Shown here in pieces: positions 16,010 to 25,860 of a stretch of 32,361 nt of DNA. The notes under the pieces were generated by a model that worked only from the letters and a program-made list of their open reading frames with translations, made no database searches and was not told the DNA's origin. Origin of the DNA: a virus (lineage: Duplodnaviria; Caudoviricetes); IMG/VR virus record IMGVR_UViG_3300006482_000007, positions 1-32,361 of that record, one strand, 5' to 3'. How positions within the stretch are numbered: the first letter of the stretch is position 1; each line of letters opens with the position of its first letter. The position numbers and the translations under genes are program-made.

Positions 16010-16198
16010 GTAAATAAGCTAATCAATTACCAAACTACATAGGGATATGTAGAAGGTTTAGAGACTAGGAGAAATAGACTAGAACAGTTGAAACTCCCAC
16101 GAAATCCACTACCCTAACGTAAAGACGAGGGTAAAGAGATAGTCCAACTCTAGGTGAAAGCCTAGTCCTAGGATAAAGAGCCTAGGCAATGAAGTTAG

Positions 16199-19100
16199 AT
16201 GGCTGGCTGGTCAACATCGGAAATGCTAGATGGAGTACAATCAACACTTAATTTAGCTAAAATTGGTTCTACTGATTTAGGAACAGCATCGGATATTTTA
16301 ACTGATGATTTAACTGCACTTGGTATGAGTGCTAATCAAGCAGGAGATTTTGCAGATAAATTAGCAGCAACAATAACAAGAAGTAATACAGATGTTGTAC
16401 TATTTGGGGAGTCAATGAAACAAACAGGAGCGGTTGCAGGTGCTCTTGGTGTATCTATGACTGATTTGTCAACTGCAATTGGACTTCAAGCTAACGCAGG
16501 TATAAAAGGCTCAAAAGCAGGTATGTCATTAAAAAACTTGTTTACAAACATGGCCAACCCTACAGATAAAATGACTGCAGCACTTGAAAAATTAGGTATG
16601 ACTGCAGACCAATCAGGCTCTTATTTAAAAACTACAGCAGATGGATGTACAGATTTGGAAGCTACTGTTAAATCATTAAAAGAAGGAACTGATGGTATGA
16701 CAAGAAGTCAAAAGGCTTCTTTAATAGCTACTGTAGCTGGGAAAAATGCATTACCGGGTATTATGAGTTTGATAAATGCTTCTACAGAAGAATATAACAG
16801 TTTATCTGAAGCTGTAGATAATTCAACTTCTACAGTTGCAATGTTTAATGAAAATATGAGTGTACTTGGACTTAGTGGAAAAGGTGCAACAGATGCAATA
16901 CAAAATATGAAACAAGTATTTTCAGATACAGAGTTAAGTGCGACAGCTTTAGGATTATCAAGTAAAGACTTAGGATTCTCTATATCATTATTAGGTGATG
17001 ATAGTAAAGTAACTAAAGATAATGTAGAAGACTTATTAGATGTAATAGATAGCATGAATAATGCGAGCGGTAAAACTGATACTGCATGGAGAAATCTTGG
17101 AAATGCTGAAAACTTAGATTTAAATAAATATATAGATTATAACTCTACATTAGGCGAGATAGATAATTCTATAGTAGGTTTAAGTGGTTCTCAAAAAGAC
17201 CATGTAAAATCGTTAATTAAAGAAAATATGACTGTAGATGAAGCTAACAAAGTATTAAAACAATATGGATTATCAGCTAAACAAGTATCTTTATCAACAA
17301 TGACAACGTCTGAAAAAATGGATTATCTAAGAAATTCACTAAAAGGTATGTCAGATGAACAAATAAAATCTGAATTAAGCAACCTAGGTTTAGCAGATAG
17401 CTTTGAAGAAGTTAACGAAATAGTAGATATGTCAGATGATAAATATTCTAAGTATAAAAAGAATCTTGAAACTATTCAAGGTCTATCAGATAGAATGGCT
17501 AAAAGTATAGATGAAACTACAAAATCAGCATTCTTTGCTCTATCTAGTGCTATGGAAGATACTTTATTAGGCGCTTTTGATAGATTAAAACCAGCTTTGC
17601 TAAGTGGAAGTGAAGCTTTAACAGATTTCTTTGGTACATGGAGAGGTCAAGATGGTAATTATAGTTTTAGTGGATTTGAACAAGGATTAAATGATCTAGA
17701 AAGTAAAGTTGAACAAGCATCTAATAATATTCCTTCCTTAATGAGTAACATGTTTGATGGAATTAATAGGTTTATCAGCGGAGGAGCCTTAGACAACATA
17801 CTTAAAATGGGTGGAGATATAGTAACAGGTATTTGTGATGGAATTATAAAAAATAAAGATAGTATAAGTCAAGGTATAACTGAATTAATAGGTAAAGTTT
17901 GCGAATGGATAGATAAGAATGGGCCAAAAGTTATAGAGGCAACAAAGACGATAATATCATCACTTAAGGAAGGTCTTGTCAAAAATGCAGGTCCTCTAGA
18001 AAGTGCTGCTGAAACTGTCATGAACATGGTTAATGCATTTCTTATTGGAAAGCAGGATTTAATACAAACTGCGGGTACTATTGTAGGACCAGCTTTTATA
18101 AAAGGCTTTGTACAAGGAGCAGTAATAGAAGGTGTTAATACAATCGGAAACGGCATACATGCGATAGTTACTACAATAGGCTCTTTCGTAGGCGATTTTG
18201 CTAATGCAGGAATAGACTTAGCTGTCGGTTTTGTAGATGGTTTAATGGGGTTCCTATTTGACGTTGGATTTTGGGATGAAATTAAAACTAAAGTCATGGA
18301 ACTTGATGAATGGTTAGGAAACTTTAAATTTGGTGAAAACGGAGGAGCGACTACAAAAGCACAAGATGCAGGTGTTAAAATAGGAGCGGCAAGAGGGAAA
18401 GGTGAAGCCGAAGGTAGAAACAAATCATTAGAAGAAAGTTCAGAGGAAACTAAAGCGATAGCAGACAAACTTGGTGACGATTTTTCTCAAAATATGATTA
18501 AAAAACTTGAGCAAATGGATGGAAAAGAGCTTAAATCATTGCAGAATGAAATGAAAAGCTTACAAACTACAATAAGCGAGGTAGCAACAGGAATAGGTGA
18601 AAGTTTTGGAAAGATAAGAGAAAGCGTTAGAACTAATCTTATGGGAGTTACCAATATTGGAAGAAATCAATTTGTAAACTTGTCTAATATAGTAAGAAGT
18701 CAATGTGTAAATCAAGCTAATATAGTTCGTAACCAATTTACTAGTATATCTAATGTGGTTCGCAATCAATCACAAAATGCTAGAAATTCAGCTACAACAA
18801 GTTTCATAAGTATGAGTAAAGTAATATCAACTCAATGTACAAATGCTAGAACTGCAGTTGTATCTAAAATGATGAGTATTAATGCGGTAGTAAATACTCA
18901 AGCGTGGAAAGCTAGAGATAATGCAACTAGAGCATTCATGAGTTTAGCAGCAGTAGTTAGAACTCAAATGTCTAGTGCTTTGAGTTCTGTTAGAAATGCA
19001 ATGAGTCAAATTGCATCTGCCACTAATAGAACTTTAACTACTAAAGTTAATGTATCCAAGACTATTACAACTACAAATGTAGCTAAAAGTATTCAAGCTA

Positions 19101-19426
19101 AACCACAAACATTTAACTTTTCTGCAGCTAGAAGCATTCAACCGCGATTATTCAGTTTAGCTGCAACTAGATCCTTAGGAGGAATTAACTCATTAGCTAC
19201 TGCTAGTTATGGTTCACCTGTAGCTTTAGCGAGTACAAGTAGTGGAGTATCTGGAAGTACAACTTATGGAGGAACTAAAGGAACTTCTAAAACAAATAGC
19301 AAACCTGTATATTTTGATATATCTATACCTATTGATGGTAAAGAAATAGCTAAAGCATCTGCTAAGTATATGGATGGAGAATTAAAAATTATAAATACAA
19401 GAAGTAACAGAAAAAAAGGACGATAG
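16199..19426 (+). CDS. Tape measure protein, exon 2 (spliced product 1271 aa)
   Basis: MAGWSTSEMLDGV..TLNLA...GIKGSKAGMSLKN continues PhageMin_Tail; no RBS before ATG 16199; hydrophobic segments, 11-aa repeats and C-terminal IDGKEIAKA motif. Confidence 0.92.
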   Translation: MAGWSTSEMLDGVQSTLNLAKIGSTDLGTASDILTDDLTALGMSANQAGDFADKLAATITRSNTDVVLFGESMKQTGAVAGALGVSMTDLSTAIGLQANAGIKGSKAGMSLKNLFTNMANPTDKMTAALEKLGMTADQSGSYLKTTADGCTDLEATVKSLKEGTDGMTRSQKASLIATVAGKNALPGIMSLINASTEEYNSLSEAVDNSTSTVAMFNENMSVLGLSGKGATDAIQNMKQVFSDTELSATALGLSSKDLGFSISLLGDDSKVTKDNVEDLLDVIDSMNNASGKTDTAWRNLGNAENLDLNKYIDYNSTLGEIDNSIVGLSGSQKDHVKSLIKENMTVDEANKVLKQYGLSAKQVSLSTMTTSEKMDYLRNSLKGMSDEQIKSELSNLGLADSFEEVNEIVDMSDDKYSKYKKNLETIQGLSDRMAKSIDETTKSAFFALSSAMEDTLLGAFDRLKPALLSGSEALTDFFGTWRGQDGNYSFSGFEQGLNDLESKVEQASNNIPSLMSNMFDGINRFISGGALDNILKMGGDIVTGICDGIIKNKDSISQGITELIGKVCEWIDKNGPKVIEATKTIISSLKEGLVKNAGPLESAAETVMNMVNAFLIGKQDLIQTAGTIVGPAFIKGFVQGAVIEGVNTIGNGIHAIVTTIGSFVGDFANAGIDLAVGFVDGLMGFLFDVGFWDEIKTKVMELDEWLGNFKFGENGGATTKAQDAGVKIGAARGKGEAEGRNKSLEESSEETKAIADKLGDDFSQNMIKKLEQMDGKELKSLQNEMKSLQTTISEVATGIGESFGKIRESVRTNLMGVTNIGRNQFVNLSNIVRSQCVNQANIVRNQFTSISNVVRNQSQNARNSATTSFISMSKVISTQCTNARTAVVSKMMSINAVVNTQAWKARDNATRAFMSLAAVVRTQMSSALSSVRNAMSQIASATNRTLTTKVNVSKTITTTNVAKSIQAKPQTFNFSAARSIQPRLFSLAATRSLGGINSLATASYGSPVALASTSSGVSGSTTYGGTKGTSKTNSKPVYFDISIPIDGKEIAKASAKYMDGELKIINTRSNRKKGR
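18650..18980 (+). repeat. About ten degenerate 11-aa (33-nt) repeats in the tape measure protein
   Basis: TNIGRNQFVNL / SNIVRSQCVNQ / ANIVRNQFTSI / SNVVRNQSQNA / RNSATTSFISM, etc. Confidence 0.7.
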
Positions 19427-19433
19427 AGAGGGG

Positions 19434-21500
19434 GTGACGTTATTGTCTTTTTATTTTGCTTTTAATGGTGTTGATTTGACTGAATTAGTTGAAATTAAAG
19501 ATGTTGAGGTACAAGGATTACCAATACGTGAAGTTGATGGTATAGATATATGGGATAGAATAGGATCTATATTTAATTCTTGTCATGATGGCGAAAGGAC
19601 AATTAAAGTAAATTTTTTGATATATGTAGAGCAAGAAGAACACAGAGCAAATGTAGATTTAATAAATGAAATAGAAGCAGATGTAAAAAAGACTTTTCAT
19701 ACAAAAGAACCTGCTCCTTTGTTCTTAGGAAATGAAGAAAAATATATTAATGCTATTTTTACAGGAGAATATAACGTATCAGAAATAGCAGAAAATTGTT
19801 TAGAGGGTGAAATTAATTTTATATGTTTCGACCCTCTTTATTATTCTGTTGATGTAAAGCAAACAGAATGTACAAATGGAAAGGTTGAAGTTGAAAATGG
19901 AGGAAGCGAAAGTGCATGTCCTATGATTGAGGTAGGATTTAGTAAAGATGCACAGTTTGTTAATATTACAAATGAAACTAATAAACAAAAATTACTAATA
20001 GGAAAATTACCCTTTACATCTAAACCAACAAAGAAAAATAAAACTATATTGAGAGATACAATGGAAAGTACAGTAGGATGGAATGTTGGTACTGCATGGA
20101 TAGATACAGGAAGAAATGCAGAAGGAACATTAACCACTACTGAAAGTGGAGCAGGCTTAACAGTTGGAAGTTATGGAACTAAAAGTGATGATGCATGGTA
20201 CGGAGTTAGTGCAAGAAAAAGTTTATCAGCTGGTATAAATAATTTTACAGTGAGAGTTAGATGTAGTATAAATTCAACTGGAATAAACGGAGATCCATAT
20301 CATGTTTCAAATAAAACTGATGATGACAAAGAAATGGTTAAAACTTATTACTTGAAACCTTCTAAAAGTTGTATAGTTAGAGCGAGTAAAAGTACTAAAG
20401 GCAAAAAACTAGGTACAATAACTAGATCATATAAGATAACAAAATATACAACTGAGAATGGATGGGTTAAGTTTACTTATAAATCTAAAACAGGATATGT
20501 TAAAAGAAGTTATTTAAAACTAATGGCTAAGACTAAAAGTGTTACAGGTACTGCTAAAAATTTTGTAACATTAAAATCTACAGCAATTAGGACTTCACCA
20601 AGAAAATCTTCTAAAAATAAATACACTATACCTACAGGAAAGGTAGTTAGATGTTTATTTAGTAATCCTATTTCGGACCCTGATAAATTAGATAGAAAGT
20701 ACTATAAACTTGCTAAAAAATACAATGGTCATACTGGCTATGTTGCAGTAGCTAATTTAGTCCAAGCAAGTGATGCAGAATTTGAATGGGAAGAAGAGCT
20801 TGACACAGCCGATGACAAACAAGGCATACTTGAAATATATGGATATACATCAGAAGGCACTAAGCTATTTAAAATGATGATGTGCGATGAATCTGCATAT
20901 TACGAGCATGTATATCCAGAAATTTTTGTTGGTTCAACTTCGGTATATAGTTATCAGAAAAACGAGCCAGCACCAAATAAAAAAGTTACTAGCAACGGAA
21001 AAGATACAATAACAACAGATTATTTATTAAGTGGGGTATATGGATCATTAGATAAGTTTTATGGAGAATTAAAAATAGTAAGGTTTATGAATCAATGGGC
21101 TGGATATATAGAAAAAATAGTTGATGATAAAGCTGTAATACATAAAGAATGGAAAAAACTTTCGAAAGTATTATTTGCAGATGGAGACTTAGACTCTATT
21201 GTAATATACATGGGAACTATAGGAGATAAACCTAATAATGTATCTATAAGTCATATAGAAATCAAAAGTTTAGATGCTCCTGATGACGATGAAAATTACA
21301 ATGTAAAAACATTTGAAGAAGGTGATTATTTATCTATTAATTGTGAAGAAGGACAATGCTACTTAAATGGCGAGCCTTTTTATGATATAGATGTAGGAAG
21401 TGAATTTATAGAGCTAGAAGAAGGTAATAATTCATTAAATATTTCAAGTGATGATAATGAATTAAATGTAGATATTTTATTTAATGAGAGGTGGTTATGA
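19434..21500 (+). CDS. Distal tail protein (evolved Dit) with two inserted SH3b-like domains
   Basis: FAFNGVDL, GEINFICFDPLYYS and C-terminal F.ELEEGNN....FNERWL Dit motifs; insert contains ENGWVKFTYKSKTGYVKRSYL and KYNGHTGYVAVANL. True start may be TTG 19443. Confidence 0.85.
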   Translation: MTLLSFYFAFNGVDLTELVEIKDVEVQGLPIREVDGIDIWDRIGSIFNSCHDGERTIKVNFLIYVEQEEHRANVDLINEIEADVKKTFHTKEPAPLFLGNEEKYINAIFTGEYNVSEIAENCLEGEINFICFDPLYYSVDVKQTECTNGKVEVENGGSESACPMIEVGFSKDAQFVNITNETNKQKLLIGKLPFTSKPTKKNKTILRDTMESTVGWNVGTAWIDTGRNAEGTLTTTESGAGLTVGSYGTKSDDAWYGVSARKSLSAGINNFTVRVRCSINSTGINGDPYHVSNKTDDDKEMVKTYYLKPSKSCIVRASKSTKGKKLGTITRSYKITKYTTENGWVKFTYKSKTGYVKRSYLKLMAKTKSVTGTAKNFVTLKSTAIRTSPRKSSKNKYTIPTGKVVRCLFSNPISDPDKLDRKYYKLAKKYNGHTGYVAVANLVQASDAEFEWEEELDTADDKQGILEIYGYTSEGTKLFKMMMCDESAYYEHVYPEIFVGSTSVYSYQKNEPAPNKKVTSNGKDTITTDYLLSGVYGSLDKFYGELKIVRFMNQWAGYIEKIVDDKAVIHKEWKKLSKVLFADGDLDSIVIYMGTIGDKPNNVSISHIEIKSLDAPDDDENYNVKTFEEGDYLSINCEEGQCYLNGEPFYDIDVGSEFIELEEGNNSLNISSDDNELNVDILFNERWL

Positions 21501-24500
21501 TGGTTAAAACAATTATAATATTTGATAATTCATTAAATAAAATAGGAATATTAAGTAATAAAGGAGTCAAACCAAAGGCTCCTTTTTTTAATGATACATA
21601 CACACAGGAGTTAGATACAGGAGCAGAAACATACGAATTTGAAACATTCAATACTCCTGCTACAGGGGAAAAAATAATAGAAGGTAATTACATAGGTTTT
21701 CTATTTCAAGATGAATTTAAGTTGTTTCAAATAACGGAGTTAGATGACAGTCATAAGGATGGAAGAAAGACTATAATAGCGTATTGTGAAATGGTTGGTT
21801 TAGAATTGCTAACTGATTACACCGATACATTTACTATAGAAGGTAATCCAAGCGTATTTTTTAATACTGTATTACAAGATACACAATGGAAACTCAGATA
21901 TATGTCTCCTACACTTGATAATAATATACAACAAATCAAACAAGAAAAAGTAGAAAAGGTATACACTGTAATACAAAATAATTTATCTGCTTATGGTGGA
22001 ATAGAGATTGACTTTAATGTAGGTTATGTCAACGGTTATATAACTGGATTTTATATTGATGTCTATGGAAACGGTGAAAGAGGTAGAGCTACAAATAAGA
22101 GATTTGAATTTGGCAAGAAAATGAAAGGTATAAATAGGAATATAAATTTAAATGACTTTTGTAGTGCAGTTGAAGCAGAAGGTAAAGATGGTATAACTAT
22201 TAGAGATGTAGTATTAAGCAAATCAAAAGGAGATCCTTGTGATAAGCCAGCTGGTCAAAATTTTATAGTTGATAAAGGTGCTAATGAAAAGTACAATAAA
22301 CGCGGTAAATATATAAAAGGCAAATATGAAAATAACAATTGTGAAAGTACAAAGACATTAGCTTTAGAAGCGTGGAATTACTTGCAAGAAAATAAAGAGC
22401 CTAAAATAACATATGATATTGATTTAGCTATAACAGATGTTGAATTTGGAGACTTAAGAGCGGGAGATACAAATTATTTTATAGATCATTATTATAATCC
22501 ACCTATATTGATTAGCGCTAGAGTGAGTCAACTAGAAATTTCATTTACGAACCCTTCTAGTAATAAATGTACACTTGCTAATTTCAAGAAAGTAAAGAGT
22601 GACATTTGGAATAAGAATGACGTAATAAAAGATATAATAGATAAACTAACAGGTTTTACTAGTAAGCTTACACAAGCTGACATAGATGGAATAAGAGAAT
22701 ATCTTGCATCACTTGATATACAAAGTAAAGAAATTGAACAGTTATTGAAAAAATATGAAGATAGAATCAAAGATACCGTGACCGAAAAAACTGAAATAGC
22801 AGAAGATAGTGAAGATTATCGTGCGATAAAATTATCTAAAATTGATAATGGATTATGGATTGGTGATAACAGAATTTATGGTATTAAAAAGAATAAATGC
22901 GCAACTATAACTAGTAAAGTAAGTGAAAATGCATCATCTAGTGGCGCTAATGAATATAAAAATGCAGTAGCTTATTATGCTAAGTTTTCATTAGGAACTA
23001 AAGCTAATTCTTCATCTATGGATAAATTAATCAGTAAATCTAATAAATATAAAGTATCAACTATAGTTAAGTATTGGAGTAAGAAGTTTGGTTTAGATCC
23101 ATATTTAGTTTATGCAGTAATAATGGCCGAATCTAGTGGAAATCCTTATTGCAAAACTAAAAGTTCAGCAGGTGGTTATGGAATAATGCAATGTGAAAGA
23201 GCAGCTTATTTCAATAAAAAACAAACTATAAAGTTTCTTGATGGGAGTACTAAGTCATTCACTCCAAGTTATTCAACTATGAAACCAGGAGGAACTACTA
23301 CACTAAATGGTGTTAAAGTAAATAAAGGAATAAGTAATCAAATTATGTTCGGTTGTCATGAACTTAGAAAATCATTAGTGAGATTTAAATATAATATTTT
23401 TGCATCGCTCATGGGGTATAACTTTGGACTATATGGTGCAGACTGGGTAGTTTGCAAATATGTGGCAAATAAAAATGGATATACATTCGTAGATAAATTT
23501 GGTTATACTGTTCAATCAAGTAAAGTTCAATCAGCTTATTTTAAACAGTTAGCAACTTTAAAAGCACCTTGGTCAAATTTAAGAAAAACTTATGTATCAG
23601 TTAAACGCATGGGAACTGCTACAAATATAGAATACTATCTTAGATGGTACAAAAGTATTAATGGACAATTACCTTATGCGCTAGATTCAAAAGGTAAAAA
23701 GAAGGGTTACGGTGCTAATAAAACTTCTGCAGTGACTACATCTAAAAATACTACTATAAAGACAGGAGTAGCAACATCGCTTAGAAATAAAATAGTTGCT
23801 AAAGCTAAGGAAATATGTAAACTCCATCAAACTTATAAAAAAGCAACTTATGACCAAGATTATAGAATAGTTAATGATGATAAAAGGTTTAAAGCTCCTA
23901 AAACTATTTATGGTATAAAGAAGCCTTATTGCTATGATTGTAGCTCATTAGTTAGTTGTGCATATAAAGAAACAGGGCTAACGAGTGTATATGCTAAAAG
24001 TTGCCAATATGGTACGTTGGTTGAGGGAGCTACTGCTAAAAGTGGTTATAAGATGTTTAAACTAACTAAATCTTCAATTGAGGATGCAATTGCAGGAGAT
24101 ATAATTATGTTTTGTAATAACATGTGTCCTTCATCATTTACTAGAGAACAGGCAATTAAGAAAAATTTCACTCACCACACTGCAATATACTGTGGCAAAT
24201 CAAATGGAAAGTATATGTTAGCTCATGCTAGTAAATGGGCGTATCATCCAGAAGCAATTAGGTACGAGAGTTTTGATGCCTATAATAATATGTGGAAAAC
24301 AAAAGATTACCACTTGTGGAATTATTGCTTTATACTTAGACCTTGGGATTTAGCTGCTAAAGATAGAAGTTCAACTGAGACAAAAACTACAACTACTACA
24401 AATGCACCTAAGGTTGAAACAAACGAGGTAAATCTAAAAGGATTAAATGGAGCAACGCCATTGGATTATTACGATGATTCCACTTTAATTGAGGATATAA

Positions 24501-25849
24501 CAATTAACTCCATAACTGATGATGATAATTATCCTAAGACAGTATCACATTGTTTTTTACACTTTGGAATTAATGATCTAAGTGATGAAGGAATAGAAAA
24601 TTATAAATCTCTTATTAAGGCTTTGATGGCGAAATATCCTAAGAAGCCTATTTTTATTGCAAAAGAATATCATGTAACAAGTGCTTATCCTAATTATATT
24701 GAAGTAAATAAGCAAATTGATAGCTTTAATGATGTAATGTTAGATTTTTCAAATAAAACTAAATATGTAATTTTAGTACAAATACCAGGTTCACTTTTAA
24801 CAAATGGAGCAATATCACCTTCACTTACAGCAGATGGTTGGACAATGAAAGATAAAGCTGCTTGTCAAACATATTATACAGCATATAAGAAAGCTATATT
24901 AGCACTTGGAACTGGAGGTAATGTCACAAGTAGCAGTACATCTGTATCAGTTACTTTGTTGACACAAAATGTATATAAATACTCTAAACCTGTAAAATCA
25001 ATGTCAATTCATATGCCTGATTATAGAGATGATGCTTATTATTCAAAACTTGTATTTACAACAAATAAAAATAGTGAACCTACAAAATTTTATCAAAGTC
25101 CAAGGATATATTTACAAGGTACTCACTGTAAGAAGGGGAAGCTGATATTAAAGGCTGATACAACATATACGATAACTGCGTATTATAACCCAGACACGGA
25201 AATAGCAAATACTAAATATTTAGGTTCAGTAAGTGCAGTTCACAAAGGTGGAAGTTATGCTAAGTTTGATGGTTTTAAGTATGCTAATGATTTAGTTTCG
25301 TATGCAAAATCCTATTACAGCAACAATAGTAAATTTATATATAACAACACAACTCCGCTAGATTATAAATATCCATTAGATAATATTTCAAATTGGACTA
25401 CAAATGGCAAAATGCACATTGATGATTCAGCATTTCTAAATTATGTATTAATGGGTTGGAATTTCAACGGTTCTCATTATGGCAACAAAACTGCTAGAAA
25501 TCATAGAAACAAACGTAGTACTTGCAACTGGGCAATTAATTTTATAGGACATGAAGCTAACATAGGGAAATTATTTTTAGAAAACGGTTGGATACTAGAT
25601 GGAGCAGACCTAACAAATTATAGCAACTTAAATCAAGGAGATATTATTTTCATGGATGCAGATGGCTTAAATAACAATGAATTCATGGGAATTTCTCATA
25701 CTGCAATTGTTACAGGTAAAAACTCAAGCGGGATATTGCAAGCGATTGAATGTACAACAGGAGTTGCAAATGGAGCATTTAGATATGTAAATGTAAAAGA
25801 CTTGGCAAGTAAAAATATTTTATTTATCGGAAGAATCAGAGTAGGTTAG
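21491..25849 (+). CDS. Tail-associated lysin / baseplate hub (Tal) with SLT, NlpC/P60, SGNH-like and degenerate NlpC/P60 domains
   Basis: N-terminal prophage tail endopeptidase-like region; GLDPYLVYAVIMAESSGNP..GYGIMQ (SLT); YDCSSLV..GDIIMF..HHTAIY (NlpC/P60); HFGINDL (SGNH block III); HIDDSAF..GDIIFM..SHTAIV. Confidence 0.85.
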   Translation: MVMMVKTIIIFDNSLNKIGILSNKGVKPKAPFFNDTYTQELDTGAETYEFETFNTPATGEKIIEGNYIGFLFQDEFKLFQITELDDSHKDGRKTIIAYCEMVGLELLTDYTDTFTIEGNPSVFFNTVLQDTQWKLRYMSPTLDNNIQQIKQEKVEKVYTVIQNNLSAYGGIEIDFNVGYVNGYITGFYIDVYGNGERGRATNKRFEFGKKMKGINRNINLNDFCSAVEAEGKDGITIRDVVLSKSKGDPCDKPAGQNFIVDKGANEKYNKRGKYIKGKYENNNCESTKTLALEAWNYLQENKEPKITYDIDLAITDVEFGDLRAGDTNYFIDHYYNPPILISARVSQLEISFTNPSSNKCTLANFKKVKSDIWNKNDVIKDIIDKLTGFTSKLTQADIDGIREYLASLDIQSKEIEQLLKKYEDRIKDTVTEKTEIAEDSEDYRAIKLSKIDNGLWIGDNRIYGIKKNKCATITSKVSENASSSGANEYKNAVAYYAKFSLGTKANSSSMDKLISKSNKYKVSTIVKYWSKKFGLDPYLVYAVIMAESSGNPYCKTKSSAGGYGIMQCERAAYFNKKQTIKFLDGSTKSFTPSYSTMKPGGTTTLNGVKVNKGISNQIMFGCHELRKSLVRFKYNIFASLMGYNFGLYGADWVVCKYVANKNGYTFVDKFGYTVQSSKVQSAYFKQLATLKAPWSNLRKTYVSVKRMGTATNIEYYLRWYKSINGQLPYALDSKGKKKGYGANKTSAVTTSKNTTIKTGVATSLRNKIVAKAKEICKLHQTYKKATYDQDYRIVNDDKRFKAPKTIYGIKKPYCYDCSSLVSCAYKETGLTSVYAKSCQYGTLVEGATAKSGYKMFKLTKSSIEDAIAGDIIMFCNNMCPSSFTREQAIKKNFTHHTAIYCGKSNGKYMLAHASKWAYHPEAIRYESFDAYNNMWKTKDYHLWNYCFILRPWDLAAKDRSSTETKTTTTTNAPKVETNEVNLKGLNGATPLDYYDDSTLIEDITINSITDDDNYPKTVSHCFLHFGINDLSDEGIENYKSLIKALMAKYPKKPIFIAKEYHVTSAYPNYIEVNKQIDSFNDVMLDFSNKTKYVILVQIPGSLLTNGAISPSLTADGWTMKDKAACQTYYTAYKKAILALGTGGNVTSSSTSVSVTLLTQNVYKYSKPVKSMSIHMPDYRDDAYYSKLVFTTNKNSEPTKFYQSPRIYLQGTHCKKGKLILKADTTYTITAYYNPDTEIANTKYLGSVSAVHKGGSYAKFDGFKYANDLVSYAKSYYSNNSKFIYNNTTPLDYKYPLDNISNWTTNGKMHIDDSAFLNYVLMGWNFNGSHYGNKTARNHRNKRSTCNWAINFIGHEANIGKLFLENGWILDGADLTNYSNLNQGDIIFMDADGLNNNEFMGISHTAIVTGKNSSGILQAIECTTGVANGAFRYVNVKDLASKNILFIGRIRVG

Positions 25850-25860
25850 GAGGTGGTCAA

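Larger units (their letters stand above)
15173..16198 (+). mobile_element. Group I self-splicing intron (IA-like), 1026 nt, with HNH ORF in the P5 loop
   Basis: P1 exon UGGCU with IGS GGCCA (15183-87), U.G at the splice site; P10 CAU/AUG; P2 CTATAAA-GAAA-TTTATAG; P3 AGTGGGTT (15215-22)/AATCCACT (16103-10); P4 AATTGG/TCAATT; P6/P6a 16029-57; P7 GACTA (16063-67)/TAGTC (16140-44) within R (TTAGAGACTA) and S (AAGAGATAGTC); P8; P9 CTAGGT-GAAA-GCCTAG; terminal G16198. Splicing restores in-frame YMA|MAGW. Confidence 0.93.

Noticed and set aside
15173..16198. Group II intron, IStron or intein
   Set aside because: No GUGYG 5' end, domain V or reverse transcriptase; no transposase or TnpB; in-frame stops exclude an intein. 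All hallmarks are group I.
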